A DNA stretch of 64,000 nt, taken from contig NC_088308.1 of assembly GCF_910592395.1 (NCBI RefSeq), positions 2,294,001 to 2,358,000 on the forward strand. The letters run 5' to 3'. This stretch comes from Lineus longissimus. Lineage: Eukaryota. The notes beneath the pieces were generated by a model, which had not been told where the DNA came from, did not search any database, and was given only the letters and a program-made list of their open reading frames with translations. Below, piece after piece: positions 43,501 to 55,500 of the stretch (the first letter of the stretch is position 1; the number at the start of each line of letters is the position of its first letter). A program made the translations under genes and the position numbers.

Positions 43501-43693
43501 GAGCCGTGCATCTGGTGCACCCGCTTGGATCCGCGCCTGATAAACGGACATGAATGAATAATAATAAGAAAATGTTTCAAAAAACACGAAAAAAGTAGAT
43601 TCGCCGGGGTTCGAACCCGTGACCACCCAATCCGTAGTGCAACCGTCTAACTGCCGAGGCCATCAAGGGTATGATAGACAGGGATTTTTCCTT
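28517..43693. repeat. Tandem array (macrosatellite) of twelve ~1268-bp units
   Basis: Unit starts (AATTCAATATTGCGACAG) at 28517, 29836, 31104, 32379, 33647, 34915, 36190, 37456, 38731, 39999, 41267 and 42536. The first unit is diverged (1319 bp), the last is truncated, and the internal units are nearly identical. Confidence 0.98.
29629..29701 (-). pseudogene. tRNA-Arg(ACG)-like Pol III cassette (pseudo-tRNA or SINE head), first of 12 copies
   Basis: Minus strand reads GCCTTGA TGGCCTCGGCGGTTAGACGG TTGCA CTACGGA TTGGG TGGTC ACGGG TTCGAAC CCCGG CGAATCT, then oligo-T. A box and B box are at tRNA spacing, but the acceptor and anticodon stems do not pair. Other copies start at 30897, 32172, 33440, 34708, 35983, 37251, 38524, 39792, 41060, 42329 and 43597. 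Confidence 0.65.
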
Positions 43694-43770
43694 CGAAATG
43701 CTGTGCAGGGCACCAGTCTAATGGGGGGGGGGGGGACAGTATCCATCTTTGAGACAGGTCCGTTGGAGAG

Positions 43771-44068
43771 ATAGTATTTATTATTTTACAAAGCACTATG
43801 ATTCGAATATATAAAACAGATCAACAATCTCACCATGCTGGTAAAGACAGGTAGTCTCTTCTGTACCGCAGGTACAAGGACCTATCCTATTAAAAGAAAA
43901 AGATCTTGGATTCACTGTAGCAAAATCTGAGCTGACCAATACAACTGTCACAACCGACACAGCTGCTCAGTCACAACCAGCTTGCTGGAGCAATTAATAA
44001 CAATTTAGAGAGAATTTTTTTGAAAATAATAGTATTTATTATTTTACAAAGCACTATGATTCGAATAT
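43771..44068. repeat. 40-bp direct repeat pair, each copy with AATAAA on the - strand
   Basis: ATAGTATTTATTATTTTACAAAGCACTATGATTCGAATAT at 43771 and 44029. Confidence 0.8.
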
Positions 44069-46537
44069 CACAGATCAATAATACATGTACATGCATATAA
44101 CAGCAGTGGTGGTATTATACACAACCTTTCACACTGACTTGCCCTCGAACACCACTGCACAAGGCAGAAAACCTTTATATGGATTCTTACTGGGAGACCA
44201 GGGCTGGTAGTAGGTTTCCACTCGAACAGAGAACGATGATTGTTTATTGGACCTACAGCACTGTTGCATGGATTTTTGGTTGAAAACTGTCCCAAGATCT
44301 CTGCCTGGGATTTCTCCCAAGTTTCAAGAAGTTCGATATGTCTGCAGAAGTGCTGTGGGGATCAAGGCAGTCAACAATGGACGGAAACTTCTTGAATCTC
44401 ATTATATTAGCAACTTATAGTATCAACAAATACAATCAATAGTTAACAAATCCAAGTTAGTTTTGTGTTTTGTAACAATTGTGACACATTCACACCAAAG
44501 CAGGAAGTAAGTCACCACACCTAGAATTGAGTGTGTGTACAAGATTGTTGTTTTCTCCAAACATCAAACACCAAATATCTCGGGCACCACAAAAGATACA
44601 ACGATGAGAGTGGTATCAAAACATAGCTTAAATATCAAGCTATATGAACAATTGGATAACTCCATATGCCCGAAGTGTAACTTACAACCCATTTTGGTGT
44701 AATGTGCCTATTTAACATATCAAGTTACATCAATGGAATGTCTTAGTTCATCGTCAACACTTTTGACACTAAAAAGTACATTCTAAGTAATGATAATATG
44801 TGTCAACTACATGTATGTGTACCTAAATTCACTCACACATCTGTGGATAGAAAGGTTGATTTGTGTTATTGCCATTTGAGTAAAATGAAATCCAAAGTTC
44901 AAAATTCCTCTCATAAAAATCTTGAGAACGTCACTCATAGTTTGTTCAGGCTCCTAAGCCACTTTAAAAAACAGAGTATACAGTCATGCAGAACTGATAA
45001 CACTAAGGCTACTAACAAGTACAAAGACTATATGATACATGGAAAAAAGTATGATACACGTAATATGAAATTACAAAGTGTATGAAATTAAAAATCAGTT
45101 TCATCTTACCTCTCAAGTTTCTGATGCAAAATTGAACCTTTACACATACATTTGTAAGGAAAAAGATATCTTCAGGTTCACGGCGCTAAGCTTTTCAGTG
45201 TTTTTGGAAATGTCAATGATAAATCTGAAGAGGCTAAATTTGCTGTCAGTGAGCTAAGTATTGTGGTTTATGTCATTTCTAATCTACAAAATTGCACTAA
45301 AAATATTCACATTCATGAACAATCACAGTCGGAATAACAAGACAATAATTTAAATATCATTTGGACGGATATTGAAACAGAAATCATAGCTCATTTGTAG
45401 GAGGAGGATCACTAGATTATACGAGGCTGGTATAGAGTTGCTTCAGAGTGCATCCAGTTTTCATATTTCACCAATATTTTGGCAAGGAATGAAATGAAAC
45501 TGTAGCTATTCTTCTGTGACCATAAACTATTTCTAGTAGGCTAATTTCCATGTTGGTCACGTACATAAATGAAACCAGTTTTTGACCTGGTTGGACATAA
45601 TAAAATTATTAGTTCAAAATTTCCATCTGCTACCAAAGTTGACATAATAATAATAAAATTGCCTACAAGAATATCATCATGGTCATGTTAAAATAGTCAC
45701 AGCGTAGAACTAAACCCAAGACAAGCTGTATAGAGTTTGGTGCAAGAGTAAATGTAATTCATACGCAACAAGATTTTTTGACAATGGGCTACTTTTCATT
45801 ACCAATACTTATACACCCTGTATTATATTATACACCCTGTATTAGAATCATACATACATGTATACAAGATATACAGACATTCTGTGCAAAATCATGTCAA
45901 TTAAATTTCCAATTCAAAGAAAAGGAAGGGACCGCTTAACGTACCAAAAACTGAAACAAATATAATACTTAAGATTCTGAAATACTTTAAGATATGATAT
46001 CACATGAGTTTTGCACCTTCGTTATTTCACCCAACACAATCAATTTGATACAATTTGGTGGCTCCAGCTTTGTTCAGAAAGCAGTAGATACAAAAAAAAT
46101 CTATTATTATGTTTCTGATGTATATCGTATTCAAGCAAGTTCTTAGTGGGGTATTTCACAGCAATGAACCCAAACTGATGCAATATGGTCCCCAAAAACA
46201 ATGTGGATACAGGGTTTAAGGCACAAATAACGCTGAAAAAAGGACCTTGGGCATATTTTTCGAAGATATAATGAAAAGCTACAAGGGTATTGATGATAAA
46301 TTGTGTATTCAGCTTCTGTGTGGCTAAGTCTACATGTAAACTGAAATCTAAAAAAATATGATGTTCTATTCAGCTATACTAATAAGAAATAGTTCAAGGG
46401 CTTCTATGCTGGAAAGTTTTGAAACGTGCATTGTCTCACAAAGAGTTCCAATATGGTAGTCAGCAAAACAAGGACTTGGCCACTAAATGATTGTAACAAA
46501 ATCAAATAGTTTCTCAATCTCAAGGAAAGTTCCCACA

Positions 46538-49500
46538 TTACTCTTGTTTTGGGGCATCATCTTCGATGCTCTCCAGGACATCTTGATTCTCTGATCCATG
46601 CGGTGCAACAGGCACTGGAGATTGTGTTCTTGGGGGCGTCGTAATTATAAAGCCTGTACCGGAGAGTCGACCCGATGAAGGACGTTGTGCTGACTGCGGG
46701 CGTCCTCTTGTCGACCCTGGTCTCGGCGAGCTAATGTCTTGCCTCCCTGTGTTAGGAGTCACTGTTGGACGAGATTTCCCGTACTGCGGCGACATGGGTC
46801 TGATGACGGTCACCTGTCCGTTTGGTACTGTTGGGAACTTTGTAAATTGGTCCTCCATTCGACCTTTGTATATGTGGCCATCAGCACCTAAGATATCTTG
46901 CTCCTCCCTAAAAGATTTAAATCGTAGTATTAACTTTTTAGAAATGAAATAACTTACTTCATACTCAACTGAGTATTTATACATAGAACAGTGTTTGGTA
47001 GGTCTCCCAAGAAGCTAAGATTGGCATGGATACCACCCCCAAATACATTAGACACCGACACTGCAAACCACAAGGAATAGGGCAGAAATGTTTTGCAAAA
47101 TCATCGTCTAGAATCCAAGCAGACAATCGGTGGTTATGAATTCAGAAAACTTACTTGAATGCCGGCGTTGGTTCCTCTTCATGGAACAGGGTTCTGAAAA
47201 GACAATAGCAAAATCACAATTTTCAGCACTTGATGATCTTTTTGTAATATCAAATTTGAGAATTACCCAACAGCAATTTTTTGAGACAGATATGCCTTAA
47301 GGCAAATCTTCTCTCACCTGCTTTGGGTTATGGAAATGAGCCTGGCAGTTTAGAGAATCTGACTGAGACCATTCAATCATGTGGTATAAAACACCTCACT
47401 GACCTCTTCCATGTAAGAAATGACTGTGCTGAAACTTACGCCAACTGAGTGAGTCTTGTAATCCTCCTGTGAGGATAGGTCATTGTGTGAGTCCCTCCAC
47501 AGGCACGGTTGGTTGCATAGAGTTCAGCCGCTTCGGGCCCAGTGAAACTGAAAGGACAGGATGAAAATCTGGACATGACATGGTGAAAGACCTAAATGAT
47601 CATTACTGACAATGATAAAAACCTTAAAATCTTCAAATATAAAATGAATGTGTTATCAGAAAGTGTGTTAAAAGTGATGTACTAATATACTAGTATAGCT
47701 TGTTGAGAAGTTCATGCTACAAGATGAAATCTCTAAACTTCGTCGATCATTCAAAGGATCATAATTGACAGGGCAAGGAATTGAGAGGGCTGAAAAGCAC
47801 TAATTTCAACTCTCCTTGCCACGGAAGAGAGGCCAGCTCGTCAAATGTGGGAGTTTCAACAAACAGACGCTGGGAAGAAGAGGTGATAACTTAGACCTTC
47901 TTCAAACATATACCGCCAAACTACATGCAAGTTGCAACTAAATATCCACTTGTTCTTTTATTCTGTTCAAGTTTAGCAGTATCATAAGGTGTTTAAAAAT
48001 TTGGCAATTAAGAGCCTTTGGGTAAGAGAAGATAGGTTGAGGAAGAGAGACATGAGACAGATAAGTAAGTTTTCCATTTAATTCCTAAATCCTTTTAGTC
48101 CTCATTCAATCTGCATAGTCTGCACATGCTACCGGAATTTATGAAGAGGTATCCAGTAAATTATTTTCATCTTAAAACGCAATCAGGCATTTTGACACCT
48201 ATACCAATGATTACGATATTGTAATTCTATGGTACAAATCCTCAATTAACACCTTCAGCGCCGAACCACGTAGATCTACGTGGCCCAAATCCCCCCTCCC
48301 CCTGGTTATCGGAGTCTCATGGACTTCATGAAAGAACTACGTCATCGCGATCTTCAGGGCACAGTAGGAACTGAAAAGACAAGAAAGGGTCTTTGCAGTG
48401 CCTGCCTTGCCCTGAAGATGACGATGGTGTAGTTCTTTCATTCATTCAATTCATTCAAAAAGAAGTCATTTAAAGTTCTGAACTGCACCATCGCCATCTT
48501 CAGGGCACGGTAGACACTGAAAATACCGTTTAGTCTTTTCAGTTCCTACCTAGCCCTGAAGATGGCGATGGCATAGTTCTTTCATGAAGTCCATGAGACT
48601 CCGATAACCAGCTCAAAGAGGGGGGGATTTGGGCAACGTAGATCTAGATGGACAATATGTCAGCTTGTTGTCGGTCATGTGTTAGTAATCCTTCTTACTG
48701 GAGAAAGTGACAGGAGTCAATATATTTTAATCTGGTCATTTGTATTTGTTTTCAGACTTACGATAATCCTTTTAATTCTTTAGCATAGTGCACTAAAAAA
48801 GCACGGTAGTCACGCTCGACCTTCTTGGACTGGGCAAGCCTGCGTTCTTTTAAAGCACGCTCAAAGTTAGTGCCACTTTCCTTCGGCCTGAGTTGGCAAA
48901 AGTTAGTAGAGGTTATTGTTAGGTGTTAGCAGATACGATGGAATATGGAAAGGAAAAAGAAAAGAAAGAAAAAGTGAAGGAGAAAAGAAATGAAGGAAAG
49001 CAGAAAAACAAAAATAAGAAAGAACAGGAAGAAAGACACTTGTAACAAAAATGATGATTAAATTAATTAACATATTAACAATTAACACATATGACAAGGA
49101 CAGTTTTTTATATAAACCAACTGTCGTGAAACAAAATGCACGGCTTCAGTTTAAAAGGAAGGAGGAATTCATCTGACTATCACAATGGCAAGTCAGTAAT
49201 TTCATACTTCATACTCGTAACAATAATGAACTTAAAGCTGAATTTTGTTGGAATCTGAAGCCTTGCATTTCACCAGCAAAATACAGGACCTTCACAATGT
49301 GTAATGCACCCTCAACACAGGTGACAAAACAGTACAAAAGAAACACATCAAAGGTATATTTCATTTGCCTTCAAAATCATGCGAAGGAGGGACGTAGACA
49401 ATACCACACAAGTGGGATTACTGAGGTGTGGTATCAGCCGCCACCCAAGTGATGGCCTTTGGCTTGGAACCACTGAGTCCGCAGGTCAGGGGTTTCCTTG

Positions 49501-52500
49501 CCAAAGACTATAAGGAACGAAAGCCACAATAAAATGCCACTCTGCCTTGAGGGTGCAAGGGCAATCTCTGATTAAATTTAACAAAACAAACAAAGCGCAA
49601 TAACTTCGCAAAGCAAGAGGTTAAGGATGGCAGTGGATGCAGGACTAGCAAGCTCAGCAGGGATATTTTGTTCAAAGGTCCAGGGAGAACGCTGTGCTTT
49701 CTATAGGAGGCAGTTTGTTCCCCATTCGAATTGAACATTGTTTATACGTTTGAACATCATGAACTTGTTTCTCATGTCCTTTGAAATGATTATGTGTCAA
49801 AATTACTTTCAACGTTTTTTTACTCTGTATTATCACTAACAGGAGAATTGATAAAAGCAGTGTTGATGACCCAAGCCTCCAGCAAATTTCAATATTGTGT
49901 ACATGATTAGTTGTAATGTTATCTCTACACCATGCTGTTAGATTATATCAAATTTGATTACAGCTGCCTGCCTCCACAAGAACATTTGAAAGAAAGAATT
50001 GAAATATCAGACAAATTCCCAGAGTATTCTCAAATTAAACATATTTTACCTCGATGGTGGTTTAACATGGCCATGGCTATCAAATTGCACATAGGATACA
50101 TTAGAATTGGCATGGTATGCTTCTTGAGCAAAAGCACACAAAGTGACAAAAATACATGCAGCGAAATGACACAATAGAACATGCAAGTTTACAGAGCAAA
50201 ATTGCCATGCAATATCGAAGAAAAGCAAATCAGGAGAGGGGGTATGCGTATATAGTCTTGATAGTCGATGATCTTCCCACGATATCAACCCAATTCCAAA
50301 ATAGTACTCCATGGGAAGAAGACTATCTGTCCCACATACAGAGCATGGAATGGTATAACTTTAACACTCAACATTTTTGCCAAATGAAAGGGTTCATGCA
50401 GGAAACAAACAGGTTCATGTCACCACTTGAAACAGTCGATTGACGCTCTGACCTTCTTTTAGGGTTTGGCATTTGTTCAGGCTTCGGCCTGCTCATCCAC
50501 TCTTGATCTTTCCTGGGGGGTTTTAACCTCCCAACACTAACGCTGACATCAAAGCGAAAACAAACTAATCTTATGTTTAGGTGAGAGGGGGAGGGGGCTA
50601 CAGATTTGCGCCAAGGAGGGCCAGTGTCTTTTGACAACAAGTGATTCAAGCTATAGACAGTTCGATTTGAAAGAATTACCCATTTCTGATGAAATTCCAT
50701 GATTGTGATATGATTAAAAGGTAAATTATCTTAAACACTCATAACATAAGTTTTTTTCTTCATCTTTCTCAATTAACTCACGAGTTTACTTCTTTGTAAA
50801 TATAATACAACCTAAAAGCTACCAGCACAAAAACTACACTACACCAGAAACAAATTTATCTATAAACAAAAATGCTAACTTATAGTTCTAATAAAACACA
50901 ACTAACCTAAATATAAAGCCTGACATAGATCTACCGGGTACATGACCACAAATAAATCACCAGCCGTGGCTACGCCTGTTGGAGATATCGTATATTTATT
51001 ATTAAGGCAAACTACGAATCAAGGAGGGCTTGAACGCTGCCTACAGAACTTACAGTTTGGCTTGCTGTCTGATCTGCTCCAGTTCGAAGGTTGTGTAAGG
51101 TCGGGCTGACCTTGTGCCTGGGAGACCGGGTTGACCAGGGAGGGCTGGTATGGGACTGAAACATGCAGGCAACACTGGTTAGAAATGTGGTGTGAACATT
51201 GGTGTTATTTGAGGGGTTTTTCGAACAAATCAGCACAAGAGAGTGAAGCACCTGGCTTCTCTTTCTGAATTTTTGTGTGGTTGTAGATCCGTCCTCTCAT
51301 TTTTGATGCAAATTCTTACACAGATCCTTAAGTAGGTTACTAATTCGTCATCTGTGCTCATCTTGTGAGCATTTGTTTGGCGCCACTTCTCTTTGAACCT
51401 AATCTATATACTTACAGCTGTGGAATCATGTCCACGGGCCTATCACATGATATGCAATGGAATTTCTGCACCATTTGTCTGAAAAGAAAATTATGAAGAA
51501 TATATAGTCATATAATATTGGGTAACAGTATCCTGACATGTATCATCACCACAGTTGATAAAGAAACTGGCAGACAAGGGCCATCCACTCTCAGAAAGCA
51601 CTCGAAACTGAATACCATCCATAACTTGTTGGTACTCACTTCCTGAACCCAGCAGCATCATCCTCATCGAAGCCAGCATTGCCCTGGGCCGCCTTGATCT
51701 TGGCCATCAGTGCCTTCAGACGGCTCTCCAAGTAATCCTTCAGAGCATCGAGCTCCAATCTGTCAATCTTATTGTCAAGCTCCTTGGTAAGCTCCTCAAT
51801 TGCCTTCCGCCACTCAGAATCCTAAAAGATCAAATGAGAAGATATGTCTATTTGACACGGGAAATGATTTGATTGAAAGACCTGAATATCAGGGTATGTT
51901 TAATTGATTGATATCACAAGTTTGATAATGAAGACCGAAACAAAAAGCGACAGTTCCTGTTTGATATGTCACTGAATGAAATAAACACATGTTCCTCGAG
52001 GGTTGAAGCACAACTATAAGTTTTAACACGTATGCTTTCATCCAGGAAGCACACTTCTTCCAAGAGAATGCTCTTCCTACATAAAAAACACAAATATTAC
52101 AGGTAGACTGTACCCTGGATAATTTTGCCTCCCCTTTCTCCCCTCCCCTAGAATTCATGTACTTACATGGCCCTCCATCTTCTTGAGCATATCTTCAAGC
52201 ATTTTGTTTAGCTCTTCTATTGTCGTATCAAATCGACTCTGGCTGACCTTCTTATCTAAGGCACTTTTGTCGGCTTTCTGCAAGTAAGAACAAATAAATT
52301 GTTACCAGAATCATAGCGATCCCTCAGCCCAGATGAAGTTGACACGCAAAACCTAAAGAACTCGCCACATATACCTCTTTCATGTCTAGTTTTTACGCAT
52401 GTTTTATGTAGGTTTTGTGATGATTGTTTGATCACAAATTGATCCGTTGATATCGTCGCACGGGACCTCATGATGTAATGCAAATCTGTGCTGGCAGAAA

Positions 52501-55500
52501 GATTCTTTGATCTGCTTGGAGAATGCCATATGGACACTACTTTGCAATCATTCCGTCAAGAAAGAACAGATGGCAGCACAAGTTATCCGACAGCGATACT
52601 AAAGAATTTATTAGAATCTTTATATGAAGCAAATTATTGACTCCGCTTACCAGGTCCAGATTGACATCAACATAATCCTTGTCAGCCTTCTTCTCCTCCA
52701 ACTGGTTGGTGGTTTCACAAATTTCCTGAAGAAAGAGAATCGATTACACATCATCATCATCATAGACCCTCCTGGGGTACATCAAAAGCAATTGAAAGGA
52801 TCTCAATAGCCCAGGGGTTGTAAGGTCTACATCAGTTTGGGCTCCACAGCACAAACTCCTGATCAGATATCTCAAAAGCTTAATTGAAAGGAAATTTCTG
52901 GTTTTGTGATTATGTTTTGGTTACCTCGATCTTCTTGGTCTTGCTGTCATTCTGCTCACAGAGGTATTCTGTGGTTGATTTGAGTTTCTCAATCTCTGCC
53001 TGGAGGTTAGATATAGCACGGTGGGCACGGTTCAGGGCGTCAGTGTCCTAAAAATGAAGTATTTGGATTTAAAACTTGTTTGACATGCAAATAATATCCA
53101 CAAAAAATTAAGGGATTACGGACCATAATTTCAAGAATATGAATACATTATAAACCTCCATAATGATTACAGTAATTCATACTGGTTAAAACAAGATAAG
53201 TTTGAAGAAGAATTCAAAAACTAGCATACAGAGCAGGTTCTTTTTTAATAGCTATAACAAATTCTTTTTAACAATTCTTTTTACATAATACTCAAAATCT
53301 ACCTAAGAAATACACATGAAATATGCACTCAGCAACATTTACCACTTCAGGACACACTAACTAAACATCACTATCAAAACACACATCTAATTTACTCAAA
53401 AATTACCAAAATTTTGCATACCAGACTATGACCTATGAAATCTGGCTGCCCAAACAATCTCCACATTTTTGGTAGAAATCATCAGGAATTGAAATTTTTT
53501 GAGACACAAAATCAAACATGATTCAATAGTTATTACCAGTCTTAAAGGAAACTTATAGCAAATCGCTTATAAAAGTGGGGAGTTTAGAACAACCCGGTTC
53601 AAACTTCAGGCTGGAATAAGCTTCCATTGATAAATGTTAGCAGTTTCGAGTTCCCCTCAGGTAGTCGATAATGTAGCCAATGAGCTGCATAAGAAGCAAT
53701 CACCAATTTAGTTATTTTTACACATTCAGCTGGTCTTGATAAATACTTTTGCCACGACTGGATCTCTTTAACTGAAAGTGACATACATTGTAACACACGA
53801 AACACAACACATAACAAAACAATGATAACATTCAACTCGCAGCTAACACAAAGACAAAAATATCTTCATGACACTGAAAATCAAATGTGACCTTACAGGT
53901 CCGCCTATAGAAACAGGTAATGGTACCATTCTTAAAGGTTCTTCAATAGAAACAGGCACTGGTAAAGGTACCTTTCCTTTCTGAAAATCAAAATATTTTG
54001 AAAAGATATAGGGGGCATCATGAAATGGAGATGAGAACCCCTTGGTTTAATATTTATTATATAAGGCCAAACAATGCCCCCCTCTCCCCTTGTCCTACAC
54101 TCCAACAAATGACACTCGTGCAATTTCTTTGGCAGATGCTAATGCCCCGGACATAGAACACTGACAAACATGATGAACCGTTTGTTGCATGTTGGTAACC
54201 AAGAGAGAAAGTAGTGCGCACCCGCGGGACCATCATTGATTGCTTAATGCATTAACTAATCGATACGTCCAAAACATGCTGACAATTACCAAGACATTTC
54301 TAATTCATCAGATGATTGTGCACCGTACCCTTCCATGATCAGTAATGGATCACATTCATTCACTTCCGATTGATTTCATTGATTCTAATGCACCTATCCA
54401 TAAGGCCGTCTGCCTCTGTTTACCTTTTATGAACAGCAGACGATCATTACGTCTGTCTGTTGTTTTGGATGCAAAAGATAAACAAAGGTTCGTCAACCTT
54501 GCCTCAAGCAAAGTGGGGGCAGATCAAAAGTGCTCGCCTATAATATTCACACGCAAAAAGCATTAAAATTTCATTGAATCATTGAAATGATTACAGTGGT
54601 ACATGTGGTGGTAGTATCGATGAGTTCCATTCACTTGAAGGGCTAGGTTGTTATTTACAAACAGACAGATTTACAGCATACAAGTACCTGAATAATCTTG
54701 ACCCATCACACGTTAACACTCACGAATTGATCATCAAAACTGTGAACTCCTGAAGCTTCAAGATTGTACCAGTGGGTCAAACCACAAACCACACCACACA
54801 GTTTAGGACAACACATTATACATAAAACTAGATAACTTGCACAAGGTTACCTTTTGTCGGTCTTTTAAATCCTGTAACACAAGCCATTTGTTAATATCAT
54901 ATCAGGTAAAGTCTATTTCAATGCAGCGAATACAGGGGATACTATGTGGAGCACTGTTTACAAAATGGCTGTAATACTCGTAATGAAGAATAATCAAAAT
55001 AAGGTTTGAAAGCACCCATAAAAGTCAAGTTTAATTAGATTTGCCTCATCCCTTTCTAATAAACAAGAGTACAATTTTGGATTAAGACATTCTCCAGTAA
55101 TAACTCATCATTTGTGCCATTCAAGTGCAACAACACCTATTCACAAATGACAACTTGTTGACCATTTTGGACTAAACTTATTGGATTCATTCACAATCAA
55201 ATGCCTAATAAACAAGAAATATTAACATCACTTTGCATTCAAGTATCTGGTATAATGAGATCCATTACTTTTTCCAATTGATAATCAATTTGATTTCATG
55301 CTCTGATTCCATTATTTTATACTTTCAACAATGGATAAGGCATTGGCCTAGAAAAGAAGTTCTTAAAACTCTTTCCTTCGAGTTCACTTGGAAAACACTC
55401 CCAAAAAGCACAACACAAATAGAAATAAGATCTACATGTATATGAAACTGCACCAATTCACTATGGTTCAAATTGGTCAATAAGTTCACTTTCTGTGTGT

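Noticed and set aside
28517..43693. Array as CRISPR, 5S rDNA, spliceosomal snRNA, spliced-leader or histone cluster
   Set aside because: There are no unique spacers, and I found no 5S, U1, U2 or U6 signature sequence, no clear SL donor plus Sm site, and no histone ORF.
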